Shown here: one piece after another, positions 24,553 through 36,200 of the stretch
Layout: the number at the start of each line of letters is the position of its first letter
How positions within the stretch are numbered: the first letter of the stretch is position 1
Assembly: GCF_018977255.1 (NCBI RefSeq)
Contig: NW_024704742.1
Span: 103,914,001-103,978,000, forward strand
Source: Callorhinchus milii
Lineage: Eukaryota
Length of the DNA: 64,000 bases
Direction of reading: 5' to 3'
Notes under the pieces: generated by a model
Told to the model about the DNA's origin: nothing
The model's input: the letters and a program-made list of their open reading frames with translations, nothing else
Database searches by the model: none
Translations under genes and position numbers: made by a program

Positions 24553-27258
24553 CTGTACAATAGATAAGCCGAATAATTACCCTTCAATATTAGTTGTTAT
24601 TGCATTATTTCCATTTCTAAAAATATTTCAACATCCTGATTAATATTCTATCACACTACAAATGCTTGCATTAACTGATTATCAAGCTTATCAGAATGAA
24701 ATCTAAAGACGTTGCAAAAGTTAGCATAAACTTTGATCAGATATCAGACAAGCATTATTGTTTTTGATCCCCCAAATAAATGTGTCTGCATTCCCAAAGA
24801 AGAATGCAGTGTAATATGGAAGGCTTCAAGAAATAAACAACTTAATGCCAAGTATGCAGAGCAACACAGGAGATTCCAAGACCAAGGAGACACCATATCA
24901 TACTTGCTGTTCAAATGAAAAATCTGACCTATTTTGCATACTGTTCAATGGGACATGCTAAATCCACACATGTTATAGAAACAGGCCTCATTTTATGATG
25001 GCTGTTCACAAGAAAATAATCTTGGTAGGATTTATGTAAGGATGAATAAAACATTAACAATTGCTAAAATTAGGCAATTATTTATGTGAACATTAAAGAA
25101 AACAATCATCTGTAAAAATGCTGTCTTAATTCATACATGTTTCTAATGCTTAAATTATGATACATCATACAGAAAAACTAAAATGTGAAATAGAGGATAT
25201 TAAATGACCTCAACAAGATACCAAAGAATGGGAACTTAACGTTTTCATAACTATTAAAAGGAAAAAGGCTAAACGTAAGATCCAAAAATGTGTGAACACA
25301 ACTATCCTGTCTCTTGCACAGAATAAAAATATACTTTTCTTTAAAAAACATACTGAACATACTGCAGGAAGACTGAAATCTGTATAAAAAAAACTTGGTA
25401 CCCATTCAGAGTGTGATTCAGTTCACATAAAAGCACTTAGCAGTATTAAAAAAAAGTCCAGTTATGGTCCATGTAAATGCATCTAAACCATATAAAATAT
25501 ACACCATGAACAACAAGAGTAGAACATTTTTAATTTTAAGCCTGTAACTAATAGCATGCATAACCAATCTTACTTTCTCTATCCAGATATTACATATTCT
25601 GTAAATGTACTAAAACTTACACAAAGTTTAATACAACCTATTCATCGCTGATCTACATTCACCTAGGTTTTGCTGATCGAATTTGGTTTACAGTGAATCT
25701 TAGTGGAAACTGAGCCAAAACACAGTAGTTGAAGAAACATCATTGAAGGAATACTCTTCATGGAGGATGGGCAAGGTAAGCAAGGTCTCCTTGGGACTGA
25801 GCTGGCTCCAAGGTGATGTTGCAATGGAATGACAGAATGGATTCTGTGGTGGTATTGGGTTCCTGAGGCAGGCAAGCCACAGTACTCAAAGGCACTAATG
25901 ACAGACCAACCAGCCAGGCTTGACAGGAAGACTTGGGAGAGGCATGGATTCTCCCACTCGGCTCCAACTAACCCTGCAAGCCAAAACCTTAACGGGTTGG
26001 GTGGTTGGTCCTAGAAGGACAATCAGCAGGAAGCTTTCCACTATGCAGATCCCTCATCCTTGGCTCTCGACAATTTGTGTGCACCTAATACTTTCCAGAA
26101 TTAGATAAGCAGTATTCACCCTTAGGAGGGAGAACTCAACTGAAAAAAAAACACCCTGTTAAACCCGGGAGTTGGCCAACAGTGGAACTAACAACTCTGT
26201 TAAACGTGGGATCCAGATGTGGCTAGAAAAGACCAGCTTTAATCCAAATACTAGGAAAATAGGAAGTCCTTACTCAAGAGTTTTTAATAATTCAAGTTTT
26301 TTTTGAACAAAGACCTCATTGGTAGAGCTAATACAGATGTCTTTCATCATGTTCATGAAAGATTTTGTGGCCAAGTTGATATGTGTAGATGTCTACATGG
26401 CATATAGTTTGCACATATAAACCTATAAGTAAGGACTTTTGATTCACCTGTATAAAGTCAGGAACCCACAAACAGAGGAACCAAAGTCACTTATATTCTA
26501 TGCTTAACAATTCATTTAATTATGGAGGCAAAATGAAATAGTTTCAAATGAATTCAATAAGCAGGCCTACAAAAGGCACGTCACAATCCTGGCAATATTA
26601 CTGTGTTCCTGTACTGTCAATGTCTGTTCTTTCTTCTTATGATATATCTCGAATCTCAGAAAACCTCAGTTGGGAGTTCTGCCTTCCTGGAGGAATGAAC
26701 AACGTACCCGCTCTCAAGCCAAATCTAACTGACTAAACACAGCAATGTAGCTCGACTATACTTTATATCATAGTTATCTACGTCAGGCTGCTCAGTGCAT
26801 GTTAGCTGACTGATTGGACTGTACAGCAGCAATTAATTCACAACCCTAACAGACACAAAAAACTGCAGCTACAATAATAAATTCACTTCTTCCTTGGCCA
26901 ATTTAACTGTTCATAACACAATACATAACATATTGCATCATATCATTTTATCTAGCACCATACCAGCTACCCTGTGACACCTGTTATGTTTAGATAGAAG
27001 TTCCACAATTTACCTTAATTAAAAGATTTTAAGAATAAAGATTGTAGTTCTGCAAGTCATCCCACATCAGCTAACAAGCATAAGCAACCTTCACTTAAAT
27101 AAAAAAAATTATAAACAGAATTGTAATTCTGGGGATCAGCTTGACACTAGCCAACAAGCATAAGCATACGTAACTTAACCAAAACTTTTTTTTATTCTTA
27201 ATACAGTAGGATTATAACAGCTATGTTCAATTTGCTTTTTAAAATCAAATACATGTAA

Positions 27259-27570
27259 AGATAATAATAATAATCCCTGCATTTTATAAAGCACCTTATC
27301 ATGTCTTCAAGAGGCGTCTCAAAGCACTTCACAGAATATACTGTAAAGTGAATTGACTGTATATTTTGTGGGCGAAACGCAGGAACCAATTGTGACAGCA
27401 GTCATCGATTGAGTGACCAAATTATTTTTAGAAAAGCAATTGGTCAATCAACTAACAACTGGGTTCCTACTTACTGCCAGGTAAACAGAGGCATGTGGAG
27501 TAAGGAAACTTGTCCAACATTTCACCCTGCCGGGAATCAAACCCATGTCCTCTCACTTGCAAAGTGCTCT
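27259..27570 (-). mobile_element. SINE copy in DCP2 intron 1
   Basis: Collinear with 61955-62329, with small deletions. Confidence 0.82.
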
Positions 27571-30126
27571 ACTGATACTGAACCAGGTTAGAATCTTTTT
27601 TAAATACTGACATAAACAGCATCAATAATAGATACTGAATATAAACACACTGTTTATATAACTTGATTTCATTTTATACACATCGACGATATTAAAATTT
27701 AGCCTATTAAGTATTACTTATTGGTTCTTTGATTTTATATATTCAGTTTCACAATGCTATTCCTAAAATATAAATTTCAATTGTTGATCAAAGTTGCCAA
27801 AAGTACATAAGGTGAACAGAAGAAACCACTGAGGCAAAGAACAAGTCAGTATTAATGATTTCTGGTTAATTAAAAGGGCTTCCAAACATAATTAGCATCT
27901 GGCAGAGGTTCAGCTTTTTTTTAAAAAAACATTTTTTCCCATTTACTTCAATCATTAGATTTCTGGAAGAATTTCCCTCACAATGTTTGTAGTTTCTTTA
28001 TTGGCTGTTAATTTCTTTGTGAGTCTTGCTCAAGGCAAATGTTATACAGGTTTCCCAGCGTCAATCCTTTCCCACACTCCTTAAAATGTCCCTTCTTTCT
28101 GCCACTCCCAAGTCTACTTGTAATTATAGTCTGATGTTAGCTATTTTGCCTATGAACCTGATCACCTGTGAAACTTCTGGATCACAAAATAAAATGAAAC
28201 CAATGAATTTCATATAACAAACCATAACAGAAAACATCTCAAAGCACTATAAAGCAGGGTAAGTGCTGCAGGCAGGGCAGCTAAGTGTTAAACAGCCAGT
28301 TTATAGCGTAGATACTAGTACAAACTTCCACCTTCACATTTAATAAGTTATCTCTGAAGCTGTTTCTAAATAAATGTCTGCAAGCAACAACAACAACAAC
28401 AACAAGATTCCATTTATAGAGCGCCTTTCACGTCAGGAGGACGTCCCAAGGCGCTGCACAGTTGGGTCATGACCCGAGCAGGGGGGAAATGGTCAGGGTG
28501 AGGGGAGGGAAGGGAGGGAGCGAGGAGGGGGGAAATGGTCAGGGTGAGGGGAGGGAAGGGAGGGGGCGAGGAGGAGGAAGAGAGTCGAGAGGGGAGCTGA
28601 AGGCACGGTCAAAGAGAAGATTAACAAACAGATTAATTGAGAAACTCCCCCAAGTAAATATACATGCTTTGGAAGTTTGCCCAGTCTGCACAAATTTGGT
28701 TTCAGGCAATTCCCAAATCTAATTCCCAGATTTTTTCCTCCTCGGTAAAGCATACAGGAAGTTCTTGATTAGTTCAACTGCAACCCATTGCTTTTGATGG
28801 GGAAGGAGAAATGAGGGAACCTTCAGCCTACATCTTATGCCTCCAATTTTTCTTTGCATTCTCAATCTGACTGGATTGAGTTTTCCTACATGCAGGAATT
28901 TAGACCTTCCTCCTCAACAACAAATCCATCTGTCTTCCTCCTATTTGGTTTGTTTGGTTTTTAACCCTACAATTATCAGTTCTTATTCATTTATGTTTAT
29001 TAAGCTCTTCTGCATCATTTAGGTTTTGTGTTTGATATTTTGGTAAAGTTTACAAATAAGCTTCAAACAGGTTGAAAGATTTGAATTTCTGTGGCTTAAA
29101 TTCACTTATTTTAGCCAAGCCTCAGTTCCTACTGCTCACTCTTGAAGCTTGGTAAATAATAATCATAATTTTTTCTCCCATTTCCATTATTTTCTGAACA
29201 TAAATACACAGCTGATAGAATTGAAATAAGGAAGCCTGAAAATCAAAAACAGAAAATTAACTCTGGATTGAATCACAAATTAACTGCATTACCAATTCTG
29301 ATCTCAATCTGTATGTTCTATTGGTATGCTAACATGCTATGCACCAAAGTGGAAATGACAACAGCTCATGCTCAAAAGTGCCCTATACAGCAAAATCCAA
29401 ACCAGTCTGTTAAGTGACACTGTAAAGAGAAACTTCTCAAGGAAGGTAGAAGAGGGAAAGGAGCCGAGGAAAAACAAGTAGATGCACGATAATAACTGAT
29501 AATAATAATCCTTGTTTTTGATATAGCACTTTTCACGGCTTCTAGACGTCTCAAAGCGCTTCACAGGATACAGTGGACTGTAAAGTGAATTGACTGTATA
29601 TTTGTGGGCGAAATGCAGCCGCCAATTGTGCACAGCAGTGTCCCACAAACAGTTGTGGATTGAAGTAACCAATTTATTATTGTTTTGTTTTCTTGAGGGA
29701 TTATTATCATAACTAAATATAGTATTCCCAAAGGACATTCTCATGCTCAGCGACATTTTCGTGCTAAAGGGTGGAAATAAAAATAAAAACAGAAACAAAC
29801 AAATAAGTTTGATGTGCTCAGCTGCTGATGGAAACAAACGCTAAGCTTCCCCTTGACAGCTCAATTTATAACATCACTGCCATCATGAAACTGAACTATA
29901 CAGATTTAGAAGAATCCAGTTGGTTTCAGTGTGTGCCCAGTTAGCTGATCTCACCTGGGGCAATAGTGGGCATATTAGGCTCAGGCAGGGAGAAGGATCA
30001 CCGATGTCATCTAATTCCTGTTAGCATCCAGAAGATATGTGGATACAAGACTCACACATGATCAGGTTCTACTGCAATTCTATCCACAAATACATAGCCT
30101 GCTGGCACTCACCTGCACATTATACA

Positions 30127-30427
30127 TTATAATAATAATAATAATAATAATCGTTGCATTTGATATAGCGCTTTTCACGTCTGGAGGACGTCCCAAAGCG
30201 CTTCACAGAACACACTGTAAAGTGAATTGACTGTATATTTGTGGGCGAACGCGGCAGCCAATTGTGCACAGCAATGTCCCACAAACAGTCGTAGATTGAA
30301 AATGACCAATCTATTATTGTTTTTTTTTTGGTTTTTTGGAGGGATTATTATTAGGCTCTGTGTGGAGTAAGGAAACTTGCCCAAGGTTTCGCCCTCTGCC
30401 TGGAATTGAACTCAGGTCTCTCACTTG
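30127..30427 (-). mobile_element. SINE copy with internal deletion (a second partial copy at about 29496-29706)
   Basis: (AAT)n tail, body and tRNA-head remnant present; central ~60 bp missing compared with the other copies. Confidence 0.8.
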
Positions 30428-31343
30428 GACAAGATATTAAAGAGCATAGAGCATCCAACTAAAGCAAGATGAATCAGCGTGCCAGGCCAGGGGTAGAAAA
30501 GCCCCCAAAAAACTGCATTCTGAAAATTGTACACTCAGTAATGTTAAAGGATTTTCACATTTTGAATATACAGTATAAAGAAACAGCAATGTGATCGCAC
30601 ATCAAAGGCTTGGCAGAACAAATGTATGATGCACATTTCTCTAACCGTGACAAATCACAGATAAGAATACAAACAATAAAGACAATAACAAAAATACACA
30701 GAAATTATATATACATATAAAAACAACCCCCGGCCCGGTCCCAGCCTGCGGCCCACTCTGATATACTATAAACCCTCACATGGAGAGAAACTCTATTCAA
30801 ACTTGCGCCATGTCTGAGGATCCCAAGGCACAGAGATTGTTGGGAGGAACTGAATAGCGAAATACAGCAACACGAGAGATACAGAGACCATTCAACCCCG
30901 ACACCTCCCTTCATCCCCACAACTTACTTCAATTTTAATGATGAAAACAACTAACCAGCGCCAACTCCATGACCGTCTCCCTCCCTCCCTCCCTTTGTGC
31001 TTTTCTCTCCTCACCAGATACTCACTCACATACACACTCACTCACTCACTCACATACACACACACGCGGGGGGGGAAGGGGGTAAAGAAGCGAAAGTGAA
31101 ACTCCCTTCACTCTGTCGCCATTTGAGAGCAATAACAGTGACTAATGTCTATGTATCGGGAGCGGCCTCCAGTGTAACTGGGTCTCCAACTCTAACCCCT
31201 GGGCTCGCTGCCGCCGGGCCGGGCCGGGCCAGGCCGGGCCTAGTGTGGTCTGACCGGGGGGGACTCTCGAGCCTCAGCCCCACAAACACAAACACGGCTC
31301 TGCTCTGGGGAGTGTGTGACTGCCCTCCCGGACTGCCGTGTAC

Positions 31344-31396
31344 CTGCACAGGTCATCCAGCACCTCTCCCGGGATCTCCACTCGCTTGGTCTCCAT
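31344..31396 (-). CDS. DCP2: DCP2 coding exon 1 (METKRVEIPGEVLDDLCS)
   Basis: Reverse complement reads ATG GAG ACC AAG CGA GTG GAG ATC CCG GGA GAG GTG CTG GAT GAC CTG TGC AG|GTA. Nearly identical to the vertebrate DCP2 N-terminus; 53 nt, phase-2 GT donor. Confidence 0.96.
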
Positions 31397-32460
31397 CCCC
31401 GGCCTCAGCCCCGGCCTCCCCCTCCCTCAGCCCCTCCCCCAGCCCCGGCCTCCCCCTCCCTCAGCCCCTCCCCCGGCCTCCCCCTCCCTCAGCCCCTCCC
31501 CCAGCCCCGGCCTCCCTCAGCCCTCCTCAGCCCCGGCCTCCCCCTCCCTCAGCCCCTCCCTCAGCCCCGGCCTCCCCCTCCCTCAGCCCCTCCCCCAGCC
31601 CCGGCCTCCCCCTCCCTCAGCCCCTCCCCAGCCCCGGCCTCCCCTCCCAGCCCTCCCCAGCCCCGGCCTCCCCCTCCCTCAGCCCCTCCCCAGCCCCGGC
31701 CTCCCCTCCCTCAGCCCCTCCCCAGCCCCGGCCTCCCCCTCCCTCAGCCCCTCCCCCAGCCCCGGCCTCCCCCTCCCTCAGCCCCTCCCTCAGCCCGGCC
31801 TCCCCCTCCCTCAGCCCCTCCCCCCCCCCTCCCCCTCCCTCAGCCCTCCCCCAGCCCCGGCCTCCCCCTCCCTCAGCCCGCCTCCCCTCCCTCAGCCCCT
31901 CCCCCAGCCCCGGCCTCCCCCTCCCTCAGCCCCTCCCCCAGCCCCGGCCTCCCCCTCCCTCAGCCCCTCCCTCAGCCCCGGCCTCCCCTCCCTCAGCCCT
32001 CCCTCAGCCCCGGCCTCCCCCTCCCTCAGCCCCTCCCTCAGCCCCGGCCTCCCCTCCCTCAGCCCCTCCCCAGCCCCGGCCTCCCCCTCCCTCAGCCCCT
32101 CCCTCAGCCCCGGCCTCCCCCTCCCTCAGCCCCTCCCTCAGCCCCGGCCTCCCCCTCCCTCAGCCCCTCCCTCAGCCCCGGCCTCCCCCTCCCTCAGCCC
32201 CTCCCTCAGCCCCGGCCTCCCCCTCCCTCAGCCCCTCCCCCTCCCTCAGCCCCTCCCTCAGCCCCGGCCTCCCCCTCCCTCAGCCCCTCCCTCAGCCCCT
32301 CGGACCCTCCCTCAGCCCCTCCCCCAGCCCCGGCCTCCCCCTCCCTCAGCCCTCCCTCAGCCCCTCCCTCAGCCCCGCCCCCTCCCTCAGCCCCCTCCCT
32401 CAGCCCCGCCCCCTCCCTCACCTCAGCCCCGCCCCCTCCCTCAGCCCCGCCCCCAGCTCC
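31397..32460 (-). repeat. GC-rich minisatellite, unit ~34 bp (plus strand CAGCCCCGGCCTCCCCCTCCCTCAGCCCCTCCCC), about 30 copies
   Basis: Directly visible tandem array that begins at the base next to the DCP2 ATG; G-rich on the DCP2 sense strand. Confidence 0.95.
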
Positions 32461-32590
32461 GGCCTCACTGCCTCCCGCGGTCCGGCCCCGGAGCCTCCCC
32501 GCCCGCCATTCCAGCTGCCTTTGTGACGTAGGACTGATTGACAGCGGCGGAGCCGAGCACAGCGCTGCCTGTGTGACCTGTCACGAGGGT
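32461..32590 (-). promoter_or_regulatory. Probable DCP2 core promoter (CpG-rich, TATA-less)
   Basis: The only non-repetitive CpG-rich stretch directly upstream of exon 1. Carries YY1-like CCGCCATT (32503-32510), CRE/ATF-like TGACGTA (32524-32530) and PBX-PREP decamer TGATTGACAG (32535-32544). Confidence 0.65.
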
Positions 32591-33277
32591 TGGGGGGGAT
32601 TGTGGGGGGAAGTTGAGGGAAGGGGGATTGGGAGGGGGATTGTGGGGGGAAGGGGATTATTGGGGAGGGGATTGTGGAGGGAAGGGAGGGGATTGTGGGG
32701 GGAAGGGGATTATTGGGGGAGGGGATTGTGGAGGGAAGGGGAGTTGGGGGAAGGGGGATGTGGGGGAAGTTGAGGGGGATTGTGGGGGAAGGGGATTATT
32801 GGGGGAGGGGGATTGTGGGGGGAAGGGGATTATTGGGGGAGGGGGATTGTGGGGGGAAGGGGGAGTTGGGGGAAGGGGGATTGTGGGGGGAAGTTGAGGG
32901 ATTGGGGGAGTGGGATTGTGGGGGAAGGGATTATTGGGGAGGGGATTGTGGGGGAAGGGGAAGTTGAGGGCAGGGGGATTGGGGGAGGAAGGGATTGTGG
33001 GGGAAGTTGAGGGAAGGGGATTGGGGGAGGGGGATTGTAGGGGGAAGGGGGGTTGGGGTAAGGAGGATTGTGGGGGGATTGGGATTGTGGGGGAAGGGGG
33101 AGGGAGATTGTGGGGTGAAGGGGGAGTTGGGGGAAGGGAGATTGTGCGGGGTGGGGGAGGGAGATTGTGCGCGGGAGGGAGATTGTGTGGGGGAGGGGGG
33201 AAGGGGGATTGTGGGGGGAGGGGGATTGTGGGGGGAGGGGGGAAGGGGGATTGGATTGGAGGGGTATGGGAGGGGGA
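32589..33277 (+). repeat. G-rich degenerate minisatellite (GGGGATTGTGGGGGGAA-like units)
   Basis: Directly visible; the plus strand is almost free of C. Confidence 0.93.
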
Positions 33278-36200
33278 AACTCCCTTCACCTTTTTGCATC
33301 ATGCCATTGGATGTGGACCGGACCTCAGTTTAACTGATGGACAGCACGTTTCACAGCACCAGTTCCAGGTTTGGTGCAAACAGCACTGATTGAAACCATC
33401 ACAGAATTTATTTGGTTAACTGGGTGTGTGATACATGCAGAAACCCATCATCCTGTTTAATGACGATTAAAGCCTCCCGACGTGAAAGGCACTATACAAA
33501 TGTAATCTTGTTGTTGTTGTAAAAGTATCTAATCCAGACTGACAGTTCCATGCACATGGAAATTCTTGTTTCTGGAATTGAATGCACCCTTGTTTACATC
33601 ATTCTGGAAAGTATTAGTACAGGTTGGCAAAGTGCGTAGGGAGTAGTGCTGGAGTTTAACCAGTTAGAACTGCATAGCTTGCCAACTGCAACTGCATGGC
33701 AGCCAATTTGCTCATAGCAATGTTTATTGCACAAAATTTTTATCACTGAATATTGCTCATTCTTGTTAGACTGCCGGAGGATCCAAATGAACACACTGAT
33801 TCTTATTTACACAAACAAGCTGCAATTTTGACCTTTGATTTTTACTTTTTTAGTTGTGTGACTTGGAATCTTAAAAATATACTTTTGAGAGTGAAGCTAA
33901 ACATGCAATTCTCGAATGTTTGGTCACTAAGTCTATTAAATCTATCCTATTATTTTCACATGAGGGTTGTGCAATAGTTTTGCTTTTGATTTAAAAACTT
34001 TTGTGATTACAACATTTCTTGTGGGAGCATATTGCATAATCTTACCCAACACTACAATGTGGCAACCCTATAAATTCATAATCCTGATTAATTATTACTT
34101 ACTGACTAATATGTATGTGTTCAGTAGAAATCAGCATGAGTTACATTGTACATTACATTAAGTGCTCTGGGACGCTACCCTGCGTGAGGGACGCTATATA
34201 AATTCAAGTTGTTGTGGTACTCCATAGAATTGTCATATACAGTTCTTCATTAACACTTTCCTATTAGAGTTTGGCTTCAGTAACGGCTATGGCTCTCACT
34301 GATGCTGGAGTTTCATCAGTGATTTTAGCTTTATTTTAGCCTGTCAGTTTTCCACATAATTTTCCCTTGTTACTTCTGTTACCCAAATTTTATTTTGGTC
34401 ACATGTAGAAATCTATCACAACGCTTAATACTGTAGTATTGAAACAGCCTGAGAGTTGTACATATGTATGACATCTACACGTGGAAATTTCCCTGTGTCT
34501 GAACTAGAATGCATACTCCCTGAAGCAATAATAAAAACTTGCATTTATACTTTCATGTAAGGTAAAGTTTTGGAGGAATGTACAAAGACAGGGTCAGCCG
34601 CTAAGCAAAGAAGAGGCCAAGAATGGGGAAGTGGCCATACGCATGGTCAAAAGTGGCGAAAGTTTAAGGCAGGACTTAAAGACAGATAGAGAGGCGTCAA
34701 CGGAGGGGCAGAGAGAGTAAGTTCGAGAGGTTAGGAGTATGGAATCTGAATGTTTGGCAACTGAAATTGCCCAGCAGAGGGGGTTAGTGGAGGGGACAAG
34801 TGGATGGGATGAGCAGAGGAGTGGCATAGGAGTAGAACTGAGAGATAAGAAGGTGCTATAGTATGAAGAGGTTTTCAGGTAAGGGTGAGGACTTTGAAAT
34901 CAATCCTCTGTGAGCCAGGGAATCGGTTTAACCATAGAAACCAGAAGAAGGACATTCGGCCCATCGTGTCATTGTGGAGTCTGGCAAGGACTGGGATAAT
35001 AGCAGTGAGGCTGGTGACCGTTTTGTCAGGTGAGGCAATCTGAGTTTGCTTAAGCAAACCATCTTGTTATCATGGCAAAGGGCCCTTCAACCATGGACAG
35101 TGTCTTGGCCTAAAGTGTTTGGCTCCAGTAATGGCTATGGCTCTCACTGATGATAATAATAATATTAATAATTCTTGCATTTGATATAGCGCCTTATCAC
35201 ATCTTCAAGACATCTCAAGGCGCTTCACAGAATATACTGTTAAGTGAATTGACTATATTTTGTGGGCAAAATTTTGTGGGTGAAATCCAAGTTTTATTTT
35301 CGTCAGCAAGGTTTCTGACAGAAATCTGTCACCATGCTTAACACTGTAGTATTGAAACCAGCCTGAGAGTTCCACATTTGTATGCCATTTACCCCCACCC
35401 GCCTTGCTCTCTCCCATGCTGCTCTCACAATGCTCATCAGATGATGTGGTGCCTAACTTGCCTCACCTGATGAGCTGCCACTGGGTATGGAGTTTTGTGC
35501 AGGTGAGGATGCAGGCAGTGGAGAGTTGGATAAATTGGAGCTTAGGGAGAACAGAGTTGCGTGTGTCAGAAAAGCCTAAATAGGAGGTAACAAAGAAACA
35601 CCCAGGTTATCTAATTCCAGAGAGTATTTGTTGCCCCAAAAGTATTATTAATAATTGAATAATATCCTTTCACATGAAGGACTCAGTGTTCAGGCAACAT
35701 AATCCCTTGTGACACAATTTATTTTTGCTATTCGTGATCTACCTTCCTTTTATTTAATCTATTTTGAGGTAGAAAAGGCACAGCTAGAGGAACTCCCAAC
35801 GATGCAGAAGCCCCAAATTCCACCTAGTATCAACGTGTTTTATTTTAAAATGCAGGACCGCACAGAATTGTGAAAATTCTTAAATTCAGTCTTAATTTAG
35901 AAGACAGTTTCCCAAAGACCTTTAAAATAATGAATTGTACATTCAGATGGATTTAAGGATTTTCAACAATTCTGCACAATTTAAAGTCAAAGGGTCATAC
36001 AGGCTAAAACTGCATGAAATTTCAAGCCCTTTATAATGTCTCGCAAAGAGTATTCCTGGTGGTTATTGAGAGCAAAAAAATTGCCCAGGAAGTTTTGTGC
36101 TGGAATGCTGTGGGCAGGTTTACAGCCTTGACGTGGCCTTTTGCATATGCTGGCCCATCGTTTCTCACTCAATAACAGCTTGTCCAATTATCCGCCTCCA

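Noticed and set aside
30997..32773. Long Pro/Ser-rich plus-strand ORFs (509, 485 and 397 aa)
   Set aside because: All three frames are open because the C-rich minisatellite has no stop codons; they lie antisense to DCP2 exon 1.
31397..33277. CRISPR-like or other prokaryotic repeat system
   Set aside because: Tandem units have no unique spacers, and the context is a spliced vertebrate locus.
32613..33389. Gly-rich and Pro-rich ORFs on both strands
   Set aside because: Translation artefacts of the G-rich tandem array.
33335..33470. Two hairpins separated by ACAGAA, resembling an H/ACA snoRNA
   Set aside because: No terminal ACA box (ACG instead), weak stems and no recognisable family.
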